Shown here: piece after piece, positions 26,929 through 36,384 of the stretch
Numbering within the stretch: the first letter of the stretch is position 1
Layout: each line of letters opens with the position of its first letter
Program-made: the position numbers and the translations under genes
NCBI GenBank assembly: GCA_964362545.1
Contig: CAYIEM010000001.1
Coordinates: 17,424 to 81,423 of the forward strand
Direction: 5' to 3'
Source: an uncultured Candidatus Saccharibacteria bacterium
GTDB taxonomy: Bacteria; Patescibacteriota; Minisyncoccia; Phycocordibacterales; UBA9973
DNA: 64,000 nucleotides
Notes under the pieces: model-generated
Seen by the model: only the letters and a program-made list of their open reading frames with translations
Told to the model about the DNA's origin: nothing
Database searches by the model: none

Positions 26929-27786
26929 ATGCAGTATGGCCAAGATAAAAAACTCAATTTCGCATTCTGGGGTACTCCAGATGTAGCGGCGGAAACCTTA
27001 GAGATTCTGAAAAGAAACGGTTATTTACCGTCTCTTGTTATCACTTCCCCTGATAAACCGCAGGGGCGGAAAATGATAGTTACTCCCACGCCCGTAAAAG
27101 TTTGGGCGATTGAGAATAATGTTCCATATTTGCAACCAGAGAAGTTAGAGCAAGAAGAAATCTGGAGTGTTTTGAGAACTCATAACCCTCTTCTCTTCTT
27201 GGTAGTCGCCTACGGGAAAATAATCCCAGAGAAAATAATCAATTTGCCCAAGTTGGGTTCTATCAATATTCACTATTCTCTGTTACCGAAATATCGCGGA
27301 GCTTCCCCAGTAGAAAGCGCTATCTTAAGTGGCGATGAAGAAACAGGAGTTACTATCCAAAAAATGGAATACAAAATGGACACTGGCCCTGTGGTGGCAG
27401 AAGAAAAAGTGGAAATAGGGCCGGATGAAAAAGCAACAGATTTGCGTAAGCGCTTAATAAAAATAGGAGGAGAACTTTTAGTAAAAACCTTGCCAGACTT
27501 TATGAATGGAAAAGTAACTCCAATACCACAAGACGAGAATCTAGCCACCTACTGCAAAAAAATAAAAAAAGAAGACGGGCTTGTCGACTTGGCGACCGAA
27601 CCGCCAAGCACGCTGTACAACAAATTTCGCGCCTATGCCACTTGGCCCAGAACCTATTTTTTCCAAAACGGCAAACGAATAATCATAACCGACGCTACAT
27701 TAGAAAACGGACAATTTGTAATCAAAAAAGTCTTACCTGAAGGAAAGAAGGAAATAAGCTGGAAAGAGTTTTCCAGACAAGGTTAA
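26929..27786 (+). CDS. fmt: Methionyl-tRNA formyltransferase
   Basis: HYSLLPKYRGASPVESAILSGDEETGVTI formyltransferase motif. Stop codon lies inside the REP-like palindrome. Confidence 0.85.
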   Translation: MQYGQDKKLNFAFWGTPDVAAETLEILKRNGYLPSLVITSPDKPQGRKMIVTPTPVKVWAIENNVPYLQPEKLEQEEIWSVLRTHNPLLFLVVAYGKIIPEKIINLPKLGSINIHYSLLPKYRGASPVESAILSGDEETGVTIQKMEYKMDTGPVVAEEKVEIGPDEKATDLRKRLIKIGGELLVKTLPDFMNGKVTPIPQDENLATYCKKIKKEDGLVDLATEPPSTLYNKFRAYATWPRTYFFQNGKRIIITDATLENGQFVIKKVLPEGKKEISWKEFSRQG

Positions 27787-27798
27787 ACCTTGTCTGGA
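27774..27798. repeat. REP-like palindrome copy 4 (extended 12-bp stem CCAGACAAGGTT-A-AACCTTGTCTGG)
   Basis: Contains the exact 19-mer. Sits between convergent fmt and hpf and encodes the last residues (RQG) and TAA stop of fmt. Confidence 0.8.
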
Positions 27799-28194
27799 TT
27801 AGTATTTCGACGTAAACGGATTCCTTTTGGAAAGCCCTTTCAGCATTTTTTTGACACTGCGCGCCCCACGAACAAACATGGTGTTGCTACGTTCTTTATA
27901 CCTCCTGATTTCCTCATAAAGATTCTCTCTGATTTCATCGATCGCTTGATATAAGTCCTCCTTATCAGAACTAGAATAAAATTCTTTACCATTGATGTTA
28001 ATCAGGCAATCCGAATGAAAAACCGCACCTGACTTGTGGTGGTTAGTGTTTTTACCGAGTTCGAAATTTACCAACACCTCTCCCTCCCCCTCCAGAGTGG
28101 AAAGTAATTTTTCTAGATTGGTAACTTTTTTCAAAACATAATCTTTAATAGCACCTGTAAGTTCAATATTTTTACCCTGTAAATTTATTTTCAT
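27799..28194 (-). CDS. hpf: Ribosome hibernation promoting factor (RaiA/HPF family)
   Basis: 131 aa. MKINLQGKNIELTGAIKDYVLKKV... long-HPF-like C-terminal extension. Confidence 0.8.
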   Translation of the reverse strand: MKINLQGKNIELTGAIKDYVLKKVTNLEKLLSTLEGEGEVLVNFELGKNTNHHKSGAVFHSDCLININGKEFYSSSDKEDLYQAIDEIRENLYEEIRRYKERSNTMFVRGARSVKKMLKGLSKRNPFTSKY

Positions 28195-28229
28195 GTCGTT
28201 ATTATATCATAAAAAATTCTAATAATTAA

Positions 28230-30161
28230 TTAATATTTCAGACTATGCACCAAAGTTTTAAGGAGAATTTCGAGTTCTATAGTGGCAACACCGACGACTC
28301 TGTCTCCCCCGCCGTAGTAAATATAGAGCATTTTCCCTCTTACAACCATCCCGCAGGGAAAAACCACATTGTTCACAATACCCGCTTTTTCATATTGCTC
28401 TTCCGGTTCGAAAATAGGTTCAGTACTCCGAGCAAGCACTATAGCTGGATCTTTTAAATCAAGCAGAACACACCCGACACGATACGTACTGTGGCTCTTC
28501 GACACACCATGGTAAAGTAAAAGCCAGCCATACTTTGTTTTAATGGGCGGAGCAGTTATGCCGACTTTGGCGCTATCCCACGTGTTTGCTCGAGGTCCGA
28601 TAATTCTTATGCATCTTTTCACGCTTTCATGTTTAAAATCAAGCGAGTTTAAATAATCGCCACAAATTTCATCACCTATGCGATGTAGAATAAAATAACC
28701 AGATGGGAATTTTGTGGGAAAAAGACAGGCATCTTTATCTTCAAATCCCGGTGGAGTAATAAGAAATGGTTTTTTCCAATTCCAATTATGAGAAACAAAA
28801 TCTTTTTCTGTGATAGAAGAGACAGCAACTCTCCAAGGTCCAGTGCTGTTGAATGCTGTATAGCATAAATAAATATTACTACCAATCTTGGTTAACCTCG
28901 GGTCTTCACAGCCAGAACTTTGGCCACTATTCTTTTTGCTCTCAAAATCTTCGCGCGGAATATAAACAGGCAACGGAAAACGTTTTATTATGTCACTGCC
29001 ATTTCTTGTGACTGCGTATCCGAACGTGGATGTATTGTCTCCCGACATTGCGCGATATAAAATATGTGTTTTTCCATCGAGCATTATCGCCCCGGGATTG
29101 AAGGTGGCCTGTGATTCCCATTCATTTTCATTTATGGGAACGATAATAGGGTTTTTGGGAGAACGTTTAAAACGAAAACGGTCTTTATATTCGTAATGTA
29201 TACTAAGAACGAGATCCGTCAAGTTAAGCTGAAAAGAGCATGCTGTGGTATCAGCCGCCCCGTAATATACAGTAAGAACGTCCTTCTTGGCTATAGCTCC
29301 AGTTGGAAAAACTACATTAGGAACGTAACCAGAAAGTTCATATGGTTCCTCGGGCACCAGCATCGGTCCTGCAGTTCTGCCGATTATTTTCATAGGATTT
29401 TTTAAATCAAAGAGAACAGCCTCAATACCGAATATTTTGTCGAGATTGTTGGGATTCGGAAAATAATTTTGAATATGGGAATAAACGATCAACCATCCAT
29501 ATTTGGTTTTTATAGGCGGAGCCCCGACCTCTACATGATCATAGGGAGAGCGTTTTAGATCAATAGTGTAATCGTCAATTTTTTCTTCCCATTTACTCCA
29601 AAACGCTGGCAACCATAATTCCTCCATCTTATCAAGAGTGGCAAAAACAAGCTTTGCGGGAGGAGAATCGGTATGGAAAGAAAACATCACCACAATCTTG
29701 CCATTTATTCGTTCCGGAAAAAGAGTCATTGCCTTTGCGTTAAATGGAGTCACTAAATGTCGTTCATGAACTTTTTTTAAGTTACGCGATAGCGCCACAG
29801 CCACCTTTATGCCTTCCGCGTTAAATGGAAATTCTCCAAGCGCAGTATAAAAAGTATAAAAAGTACCTTCAAAGTAAGTGACCCTTGGGTCCTCGCAACC
29901 AAACTTTTCCCATTTTTCTTGAGGAGTGATAAAAGGAGTACGATTTTTAAAATGCACCCCGTCTTTACTTGTACCAATGCCTATGACCGACACTTGGCGA
30001 GGATTTTGTAATATATCCACCGCGGAAATAGCTCTAAAAAGCCCGTAAAAAATACTACCGCGCTTAATGGGACAAAGATTAAAAGTTGCAAACTCTTCCC
30101 AGTAATGATCTATATCTGGAATTAGTATTGGGTTATGTTTAGATCTTCTTACTACATACAT
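28230..30161 (-). CDS. Tandem GH130-like (DUF377) beta-propeller glycoside hydrolase/phosphorylase-family protein
   Basis: 643 aa = two GH130 modules. Each has NP(I/A)I...FNPGAI and GCEDPR motifs (GCEDPRVTYF, GCEDPRLTKI). Confidence 0.6.
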   Translation of the reverse strand: MYVVRRSKHNPILIPDIDHYWEEFATFNLCPIKRGSIFYGLFRAISAVDILQNPRQVSVIGIGTSKDGVHFKNRTPFITPQEKWEKFGCEDPRVTYFEGTFYTFYTALGEFPFNAEGIKVAVALSRNLKKVHERHLVTPFNAKAMTLFPERINGKIVVMFSFHTDSPPAKLVFATLDKMEELWLPAFWSKWEEKIDDYTIDLKRSPYDHVEVGAPPIKTKYGWLIVYSHIQNYFPNPNNLDKIFGIEAVLFDLKNPMKIIGRTAGPMLVPEEPYELSGYVPNVVFPTGAIAKKDVLTVYYGAADTTACSFQLNLTDLVLSIHYEYKDRFRFKRSPKNPIIVPINENEWESQATFNPGAIMLDGKTHILYRAMSGDNTSTFGYAVTRNGSDIIKRFPLPVYIPREDFESKKNSGQSSGCEDPRLTKIGSNIYLCYTAFNSTGPWRVAVSSITEKDFVSHNWNWKKPFLITPPGFEDKDACLFPTKFPSGYFILHRIGDEICGDYLNSLDFKHESVKRCIRIIGPRANTWDSAKVGITAPPIKTKYGWLLLYHGVSKSHSTYRVGCVLLDLKDPAIVLARSTEPIFEPEEQYEKAGIVNNVVFPCGMVVRGKMLYIYYGGGDRVVGVATIELEILLKTLVHSLKY

Positions 30162-30167
30162 ACAAAT

Positions 30168-31397
30168 TTATCCAAACTTTAGTGATTTTTTCTTCTCTAA
30201 TTTGACTGCGCCATTTTTCTTCATACTCTCTATCAAATCATCAAGCACGATAGACGCCACGCCAACATGTTTATCTCCGCCGCCGTAATAAACGAAAAGC
30301 CTGTCGTCTTTAACTATGGCTCCACTTGCGTATATAATTCCCTTTTTCCAATCGTTTTCGTACCACAAATCCGGTTCTAGAATTGGATGTTGTGCTCGAT
30401 ATAAAATTCTCTCAGGATATTTTAAATCAAGTAAAAGCGCGCCCAACTTATAACGATCTCCATCATCCTTGTCCATGGCATGGTAAAGTAGAAGCCACCC
30501 GTCTTTTGTCTTGATCGGTGGTGAGGCGGCACTCCTCGTACGCTTATGCCAAGCCACTATGTGATCTGGCAAAGTCTGTGGGTCTGGAGCACCCGTATCC
30601 CTAGTGGGTGTTTCCCTGTCATCGAGCTCGCTTACGTAGGCAATTTTGACCCTGGTTGGATCACCAACATCTGGATTATGAAAAATTGCAAACTTACCGT
30701 TGATTTTTTCTGGAAATAGAACCCAATTCTTTTGTCTGTCTCCGGGACGAGAAAGATAAGCAAACTTACTCCATAACCATTTCTTATTTAACAAATTACC
30801 TTCCTTTATCGAAGTCACGGCGACGCGCATAGAGTTCCACCCATTGAACATATTGAAAGTCATATGTACATAACCATTCATCAAAACCGCGCGAGGATCC
30901 TCGCATCCACCCCATCCTCCTCCTGATGAATAAAGTACACTATCATATTCTGGTCTGGCTGGAGAAGTGTACGGCCAATGCTTTTTAACTTCTTCGATGT
31001 TCTGTACGAAATACACCGGCCAAAGAAGTCTTTCGTCGAAATTTATACCGTCTTTACTAGAAGCGTATCCAATGCGAGAAATCCCGTCTTCCCCTAGTGC
31101 TCTATAGAATAGATGTACTCGCCCGCCAGAAGAGATGGCAGCGGGATTAAAAACGGCTTGGGACTCCCAAAAATACGGTCTTGGCTCAACTATTGGATTG
31201 CGAAGAGACCTTGTAAGCTTGAGGCCTTTTTCCGATTTAGTTTTCTTAAGAATTTTTATCTTCCTGGGCAGAGTTTTAACTTTTGCTTTTTTTGAGAGTT
31301 TGACAACTTTTTTGCCTTTTTTCAACATCTTAGTTGAAACCCTTCCACTGACTATTTTTTTAATAGTCTTTTTTGTTGTTTTTAATACTTTTTTCAT
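30168..31397 (-). CDS. GH130-like (DUF377) protein with Lys-rich N-terminal tail
   Basis: N-terminal 60 aa are about 40% Lys (KKVLKTTKKTIKKIV...). Then SQAVFNPAAI...GGCEDPRAV GH130 module. Confidence 0.6.
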   Translation of the reverse strand: MKKVLKTTKKTIKKIVSGRVSTKMLKKGKKVVKLSKKAKVKTLPRKIKILKKTKSEKGLKLTRSLRNPIVEPRPYFWESQAVFNPAAISSGGRVHLFYRALGEDGISRIGYASSKDGINFDERLLWPVYFVQNIEEVKKHWPYTSPARPEYDSVLYSSGGGWGGCEDPRAVLMNGYVHMTFNMFNGWNSMRVAVTSIKEGNLLNKKWLWSKFAYLSRPGDRQKNWVLFPEKINGKFAIFHNPDVGDPTRVKIAYVSELDDRETPTRDTGAPDPQTLPDHIVAWHKRTRSAASPPIKTKDGWLLLYHAMDKDDGDRYKLGALLLDLKYPERILYRAQHPILEPDLWYENDWKKGIIYASGAIVKDDRLFVYYGGGDKHVGVASIVLDDLIESMKKNGAVKLEKKKSLKFG

Positions 31398-31501
31398 AAA
31401 AAACTAGCCTTCCTAAACTTACAGAGTATTATATCCCATAGTAAAACTTTTAGAAAGTTCTACTATAGGATTATACTCCTAAATGAAAAGCTAGCCAATA
31501 C

Positions 31502-32005
31502 CTATTTTTTTATCTTTTTCGAGTATTCCCTTAAAAGCTCCGAGGAACTTCTCACTTTGCCCCCACGCCCAATATTAAAGACCATTTCAATACCCAATCT
31601 TTCGCACGTTTCTACATCATAATATAAAGAGGAATTCGGATTTCTGGCGTCTTCTTCATTTCTATCTCCCCCATTTGCAAAGACATGCGGTTTGATTTTA
31701 AACAATTCTTTGCTCACGCTCATATTCTTGGGACCTTTCGGATTTCTAGAATGTCCACTAATAATTACCCCATCTACACAAGCCAAAGCTTCTATAATCT
31801 CTTTGCGTTCGTGATCAGGCATAAAGACATGCTTCCTTTTTTGTCTTTTCCAATTATCATTATTTATGATAACAATTAATTTATCTCCCAATTTTTTAGC
31901 TTCCTGAAACATACGAATATGCCCGATATGAAGCGGGTCAAAACCACCGCTGACTGCCACCACTTTTTTATTTTTCCTGTTTTTGTTCTTCTTAGTAAAT
32001 GACAT
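31502..32005 (-). CDS. Cytidylyltransferase-like (HxGH) nucleotidyltransferase domain protein
   Basis: VVAVSGGFDPLHIGHIRMF HIGH-type motif of the CTP/ATP transferase superfamily (TagD/RfaE-II/PPAT-like). Basic N-terminal tail. Confidence 0.5.
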   Translation of the reverse strand: MSFTKKNKNRKNKKVVAVSGGFDPLHIGHIRMFQEAKKLGDKLIVIINNDNWKRQKRKHVFMPDHERKEIIEALACVDGVIISGHSRNPKGPKNMSVSKELFKIKPHVFANGGDRNEEDARNPNSSLYYDVETCERLGIEMVFNIGRGGKVRSSSELLREYSKKIKK

Positions 32006-32064
32006 TTTTTATTTTTATTTCTTTAATTTGCTAGATTTTCTGCGATAGCAGAATTTCTAGCACT

Positions 32065-33861
32065 TTAATACACTTCCTGTTGATAACATTTCTCACAGTA
32101 AACTATTTCTGGTCTGTCTGGTGCATAACCAGTTTTGAATTTCTCATTGCAAGGATTATCTCCATGCTCATGACTTACTGTGTTTTGATAAACACCAGTA
32201 CTGTCTTTCTCTCCCGCGCACATACAGGACCGTTCGTATAAACCTACCTTTAACCTGTCACTTATTCTGCGCTCGTGCCTACATTCACCGCAAATACGTG
32301 GTATCGACAATTTTTCCTTTTTAAAAAATAAAAATTCATTCTCTAGAATTTTATACGGATTTTTACATTCCTTACATTCTACTACTTCTTTTAAAATATT
32401 ATCGCTGACTTCGTTGATTGAATTTTCAAGCTCTGTTGCCTTTTTTGTCATTTTATAGTTGCCCCGGGACACTTCTATCCACGTATATCCTTTTTTCCTT
32501 GCTTCTGCTTCTGTTAGCGAAAAATGCTGCATCGCGACAGTATTGTTGTAACCGAGTGGAGAAAGTTCGGTAGGAAAAAATTCTCCATATTTATAAGTCA
32601 AACCCTGTGAATCTGTGTAAGGCATTTCATCCATGTGTTTTTTTATTTTGGGCACAAGTTTTTCATACTCTTCTTTAGAATATTGTTTGTTTAAAATACA
32701 ATACTGTTTCTTTTTTAAACCAACACAACCAAAGCAGTCTGAAGAACTAAAAAGGTGCGTACAATATTCATTGTTCCTTGAAGATGGCCAGCAACTGCGC
32801 GAGAATTTATTATTGTAAGAATTGTCTCCGCATTCTAAAGTTTCATAATTCATTTCGGTATGATCCCCCCAATTACAAGAATCATAATTATCTTTGTTGC
32901 CCGGAACTTGCATATATTGGCAATAGCGCATATTTTCGCTTTCTCTGATAAGATAACTGTCGTTTACGTTTTTGCAATTAGTGACATAAGATCCGGAAGA
33001 ATTTAAGTTTTTTAAACCCTGAAGATATTTGAAGGGAAAGGTGTTCCAAAAATTTCTGGCTTTTATTCTGGAGGCTTCAATGCTCAAGGCTGTATCAAGA
33101 TTCATTTTTTTCAATTCTTTAAAATATTCCTCCTTTGCGTATTTTTTATTAAAAATACAATATGAAGAATTGCGCAGATTAGCGCAACCGAAACAATTAT
33201 GACACGAAACACAATCCTTGCAAAACCACAAATCCCTGGAATCTGAAGACATTATTGTGAAATAGCACTGATAACAATTTTCTAACCAAAGACATTCGTA
33301 GCAACGCTCGGAATGTTTTACGTGAGAATTATCGACACAATCTTTACAAGAATCTATCCCGTTTCCATACATACAATCTTCAGAATCATTTGAGTTAACA
33401 ATCAAGTAACTATTCTTTACATAAGAAGCATTGAAAACATATGGACTATTGACAATTCCAATATTATTAAAGTTATATACCGGTACAACTTTATTTAATT
33501 CCTCAATTTGGATTAAAAACGGCTTCGTGAAGTCAATATCCACACTATACTTTATTGCATCAAAGTTGTCTCCGAACCATTCTTCTCTGGTCATTATTTT
33601 CCGACCACTTTCTTTTGGATATGAGGAAAAAATCTCTTTGCCTGTCAAAAAATTGACAACTTTGAAAAGTTTGCGCTCATTTCTCCAAGCCAACCTCCTC
33701 TGCGCCCGGCACAAGGGACAAAAAGTTGGTGGCGGCACCTGCATTTTTTCATAAAAAGAAAAATCATCCGGCTCAATGATGAAGTCTTTTTTACAGTTCT
33801 GGCAGTTTTTTGTTTCGTCTTGCATATCTTTTGCTTTTTGCCCTGTGGTGAATTCTAGCAT
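32065..33861 (-). CDS. Cys-rich repeat protein, paralog A (unknown function)
   Basis: 598 aa, about 50 Cys, no signal peptide. True start probably M13 (MQDETKNCQNC, ATG 33823-33825) by comparison with paralogs. Shares N-terminal CQNCKKxFxIEPDDFxFYxxxxVPPP..CP.CR..RR and C-terminal YxPDRPEI(V/I)YCExCY(Q/K)QEVY with paralogs B and C. Confidence 0.5.
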   Translation of the reverse strand: MLEFTTGQKAKDMQDETKNCQNCKKDFIIEPDDFSFYEKMQVPPPTFCPLCRAQRRLAWRNERKLFKVVNFLTGKEIFSSYPKESGRKIMTREEWFGDNFDAIKYSVDIDFTKPFLIQIEELNKVVPVYNFNNIGIVNSPYVFNASYVKNSYLIVNSNDSEDCMYGNGIDSCKDCVDNSHVKHSERCYECLWLENCYQCYFTIMSSDSRDLWFCKDCVSCHNCFGCANLRNSSYCIFNKKYAKEEYFKELKKMNLDTALSIEASRIKARNFWNTFPFKYLQGLKNLNSSGSYVTNCKNVNDSYLIRESENMRYCQYMQVPGNKDNYDSCNWGDHTEMNYETLECGDNSYNNKFSRSCWPSSRNNEYCTHLFSSSDCFGCVGLKKKQYCILNKQYSKEEYEKLVPKIKKHMDEMPYTDSQGLTYKYGEFFPTELSPLGYNNTVAMQHFSLTEAEARKKGYTWIEVSRGNYKMTKKATELENSINEVSDNILKEVVECKECKNPYKILENEFLFFKKEKLSIPRICGECRHERRISDRLKVGLYERSCMCAGEKDSTGVYQNTVSHEHGDNPCNEKFKTGYAPDRPEIVYCEKCYQQEVY

Positions 33862-33876
33862 ATGCTAGAATTCACC
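33847..33876. promoter_or_regulatory. Perfect 30-bp palindrome GGTGAATTCTAGCATATGCTAGAATTCACC
   Basis: Self-complementary over all 30 nt. Centred on the annotated ATG of paralog A, about 21 nt upstream of the more likely start. Confidence 0.5.
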
Positions 33877-33894
33877 GCGCTTAAATGTCATTCC

Positions 33895-35610
33895 TCAGTA
33901 TACTTCTTGTTTGTAACAACTTTCGCAATACACTATTTCGGGTCGGTCGGGAGAGTAGGAAGTCTCTATTGCTATATCGCATTTGTCACATTTGCGATTA
34001 TAAGTTTGCATTCCATTTAATTGCTTGATACGAGCTCTATCTCGACAAAGCGGGCAATGGCGCGGAATAGGTAAATTAAAACGTTTCAAGAACTGTAATT
34101 CTTTGGGGATTATCTGATAATTCTTCCCACATGCCTCACATTTCAAAATCGCCTTCAAAACATCGTCTGTGACATCTTTAATATGGTCGGGCAATATAAT
34201 GGTAGCATCTAAATATTCTCGTTGGTCAGGATCCCGCCAGGCAAAACCTCTCCCTATGGCCTCTTCTTTAGTGAGCGGAAAGAATTCGTAGGCAGTGGAC
34301 TCATTGTATGGCCAGGGACACAAATCAATTGGTATCTGTCCACCATACTTGTGCTCTAGTCCCCTTCTGTCAATGAAAGGAACTTCCATCATTTGTTTTT
34401 TAATTTTTTCAACCAATGGGAAATATTCTTCTTTGGTATATTGTTTATTAAAAATGCAATATTCGGCCTTTCGCAAACCGACGCAACCAAATAAATATCC
34501 ACATCCATGACAGCCAAAAGTATATTCCGTATCGTGATTGCGATAATTCCAGACGCTGAATTTTACATTGGAAGTATTATACCCCGTCCAAGTCGCCTCA
34601 TAGACCCATTCTGAAGTGGTGCCAAAAGCGGTAAAATCATAACAATTGTGCGCTGGACCCTTCAAAAACAGTTGCGCATATTTCAAATTTTCCGAGTCAG
34701 GAACATAGTACGCGTTATGAACATTCTTTGAATTATAAATATATTCTCCAGAGATGTTGTTGTTATTCCTGCCCAAAGTCGCCCGACGCGGATAATTTAG
34801 TGAAAAAGCATATGCCTGTTTTTTTAGTTTTTGTAAATTTTTTGCAGATCCCAAGTCAAATTCTTTTAATTTTTTAATATACTCTTCTCTTGTAAATTGT
34901 TCATTAAAAATGCAGTAATTTTTATTGCGCAAGCTTGTACAGCCAAAACAATCCCCGCAATTAATCAAATCGCGCGAAAAATAAATGTTTTGACAATTTT
35001 CACAATCCTGCGAGAAAAAAGTCTGGAAACATTTGCGAACATCTACTATCTCATAACAGAGTTCTGGGTCTGCTGAATATGCCACCTCTAGAGAATCTTT
35101 GGTGTTTAAAGCGACATTAGTATACGCAGAATCTTCGCCAGTAATATGTTTAAAACACAGGTAATCATTTTTTTGGAAACTGGCGGCATTGCAATATTCG
35201 CTATTCACCATAGTGCTGTATTCCGTATGAAGCGACGCTTTGGGAACCTCATCCATCAATTCTTTAAATTGTTCAAAAAAGGATCTAGAAAAATCATATT
35301 CCCTGCCGTAACTTTTCGGATCCCATTTGTCACCCCACCAAATATCTTGTTTATATACTTTATACGGTAAATCCGGATGGTAGAACGTGATAATATTCTC
35401 TCCGGTAAAATCACATTTGCGTTTGTATAATATCCTATAACCGTACCAAGCCATTCTGCGAAGCAACCTGCAATGCGGGCACCACACGGGAGGCGGCACT
35501 TTCATCTGCTCATAAAATCCAAAATCGTCTGGTTCAATAATGAAGTTTTTTTTACAGTTTTGACATTGTTTAGTTTCACTTTGTGTATTCATTTTGTCGT
35601 TTTGCAACAT
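33895..35610 (-). CDS. Cys-rich repeat protein, paralog B (unknown function)
   Basis: 571 aa. Likely start M7 (MNTQSETKQCQNC). Internal repeats CxNCxxIYFSRDLINCGDCFGCTSLRNKNYCIFNEQFTREEY and CHGCGYLFGCVGLRKAEYCIFNKQYTKEEY. Confidence 0.5.
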   Translation of the reverse strand: MLQNDKMNTQSETKQCQNCKKNFIIEPDDFGFYEQMKVPPPVWCPHCRLLRRMAWYGYRILYKRKCDFTGENIITFYHPDLPYKVYKQDIWWGDKWDPKSYGREYDFSRSFFEQFKELMDEVPKASLHTEYSTMVNSEYCNAASFQKNDYLCFKHITGEDSAYTNVALNTKDSLEVAYSADPELCYEIVDVRKCFQTFFSQDCENCQNIYFSRDLINCGDCFGCTSLRNKNYCIFNEQFTREEYIKKLKEFDLGSAKNLQKLKKQAYAFSLNYPRRATLGRNNNNISGEYIYNSKNVHNAYYVPDSENLKYAQLFLKGPAHNCYDFTAFGTTSEWVYEATWTGYNTSNVKFSVWNYRNHDTEYTFGCHGCGYLFGCVGLRKAEYCIFNKQYTKEEYFPLVEKIKKQMMEVPFIDRRGLEHKYGGQIPIDLCPWPYNESTAYEFFPLTKEEAIGRGFAWRDPDQREYLDATIILPDHIKDVTDDVLKAILKCEACGKNYQIIPKELQFLKRFNLPIPRHCPLCRDRARIKQLNGMQTYNRKCDKCDIAIETSYSPDRPEIVYCESCYKQEVY

Positions 35611-35635
35611 ATTTGAATATTCTCATTCTATAATT

Positions 35636-35935
35636 CTATAGAATATTAGAATAGTTATTCATAAATTTATAAGAAAAGGGTTCCGCGTATTTTTCTAAAA
35701 CAATTCTCTCGTATTTATCTAGCTTATCAAATCCTAGAATAAAATTCTTAACCACATTCCATTCTTCTCTCCCAGCAGGAATTATATCTCTAAAATTTAA
35801 TATTTTATTTACAATGTCTAATGAACGAATCTGAGCATTTTGCGCGGCCTCTATTTTCCCAGAATCTAAAAAGGAAAACATTCTTCTGATTTCCGGATAT
35901 AAGTTTGCCATATAAAAAAGCGAATCTTTTTTCAT
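35636..35935 (-). CDS. Hypothetical 99-aa protein interposed in Cys-rich paralog cluster
   Basis: Co-directional and tightly spaced. No homology recognised. Confidence 0.4.
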   Translation of the reverse strand: MKKDSLFYMANLYPEIRRMFSFLDSGKIEAAQNAQIRSLDIVNKILNFRDIIPAGREEWNVVKNFILGFDKLDKYERIVLEKYAEPFSYKFMNNYSNIL

Positions 35936-35980
35936 AATTTTCTATTCTAATATTCTATAGAATTATAGAATACTTTCCCC

Positions 35981-36352
35981 TTACTTCTTCAAATCAATAA
36001 ACTTATGAATAATCTCCCTGGCTTTTTTCATTATCTCTTCATTGCCTATATTCCTGGAGCGGTTGCCAAAATTTGGTTTTATGTTAACCATGGAATCGAA
36101 CTCCAAAGCCCCATTCGGATTTTCCTCAAAGCGAATATTGAAACCCCAAATATCTTCAAATTTTGAACCAGTACCCGTCAACAACTCAGAACCCTCGATA
36201 TGATAGTCACCGCCTAAAGCAACTCTGCCAATCTCTATATCGACAGCCCCTTTTATCATAGTTCCATACCAAAAATCCGCCAATCTCTTTACCTCCTCTA
36301 TAAAAATTTTATGGTCTAGAATCGTTATCTTCGTATCCATATTTGTGAGCAT
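35981..36352 (-). CDS. Hypothetical 123-aa protein interposed in Cys-rich paralog cluster
   Basis: Co-directional and tightly spaced. No homology recognised. Confidence 0.4.
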   Translation of the reverse strand: MLTNMDTKITILDHKIFIEEVKRLADFWYGTMIKGAVDIEIGRVALGGDYHIEGSELLTGTGSKFEDIWGFNIRFEENPNGALEFDSMVNIKPNFGNRSRNIGNEEIMKKAREIIHKFIDLKK

Positions 36353-36384
36353 TTTAGCACGATTCTAGCTTGATTGAAAGAATG

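Noticed and set aside
10340-27798. Possibility that the GACAAGGTTAAACCTTGTC copies are a CRISPR array
   Set aside because: Only four copies, irregular spacing (530 bp, 194 bp, 16.7 kb), no cas genes. They behave as REP/IS-end palindromes instead.
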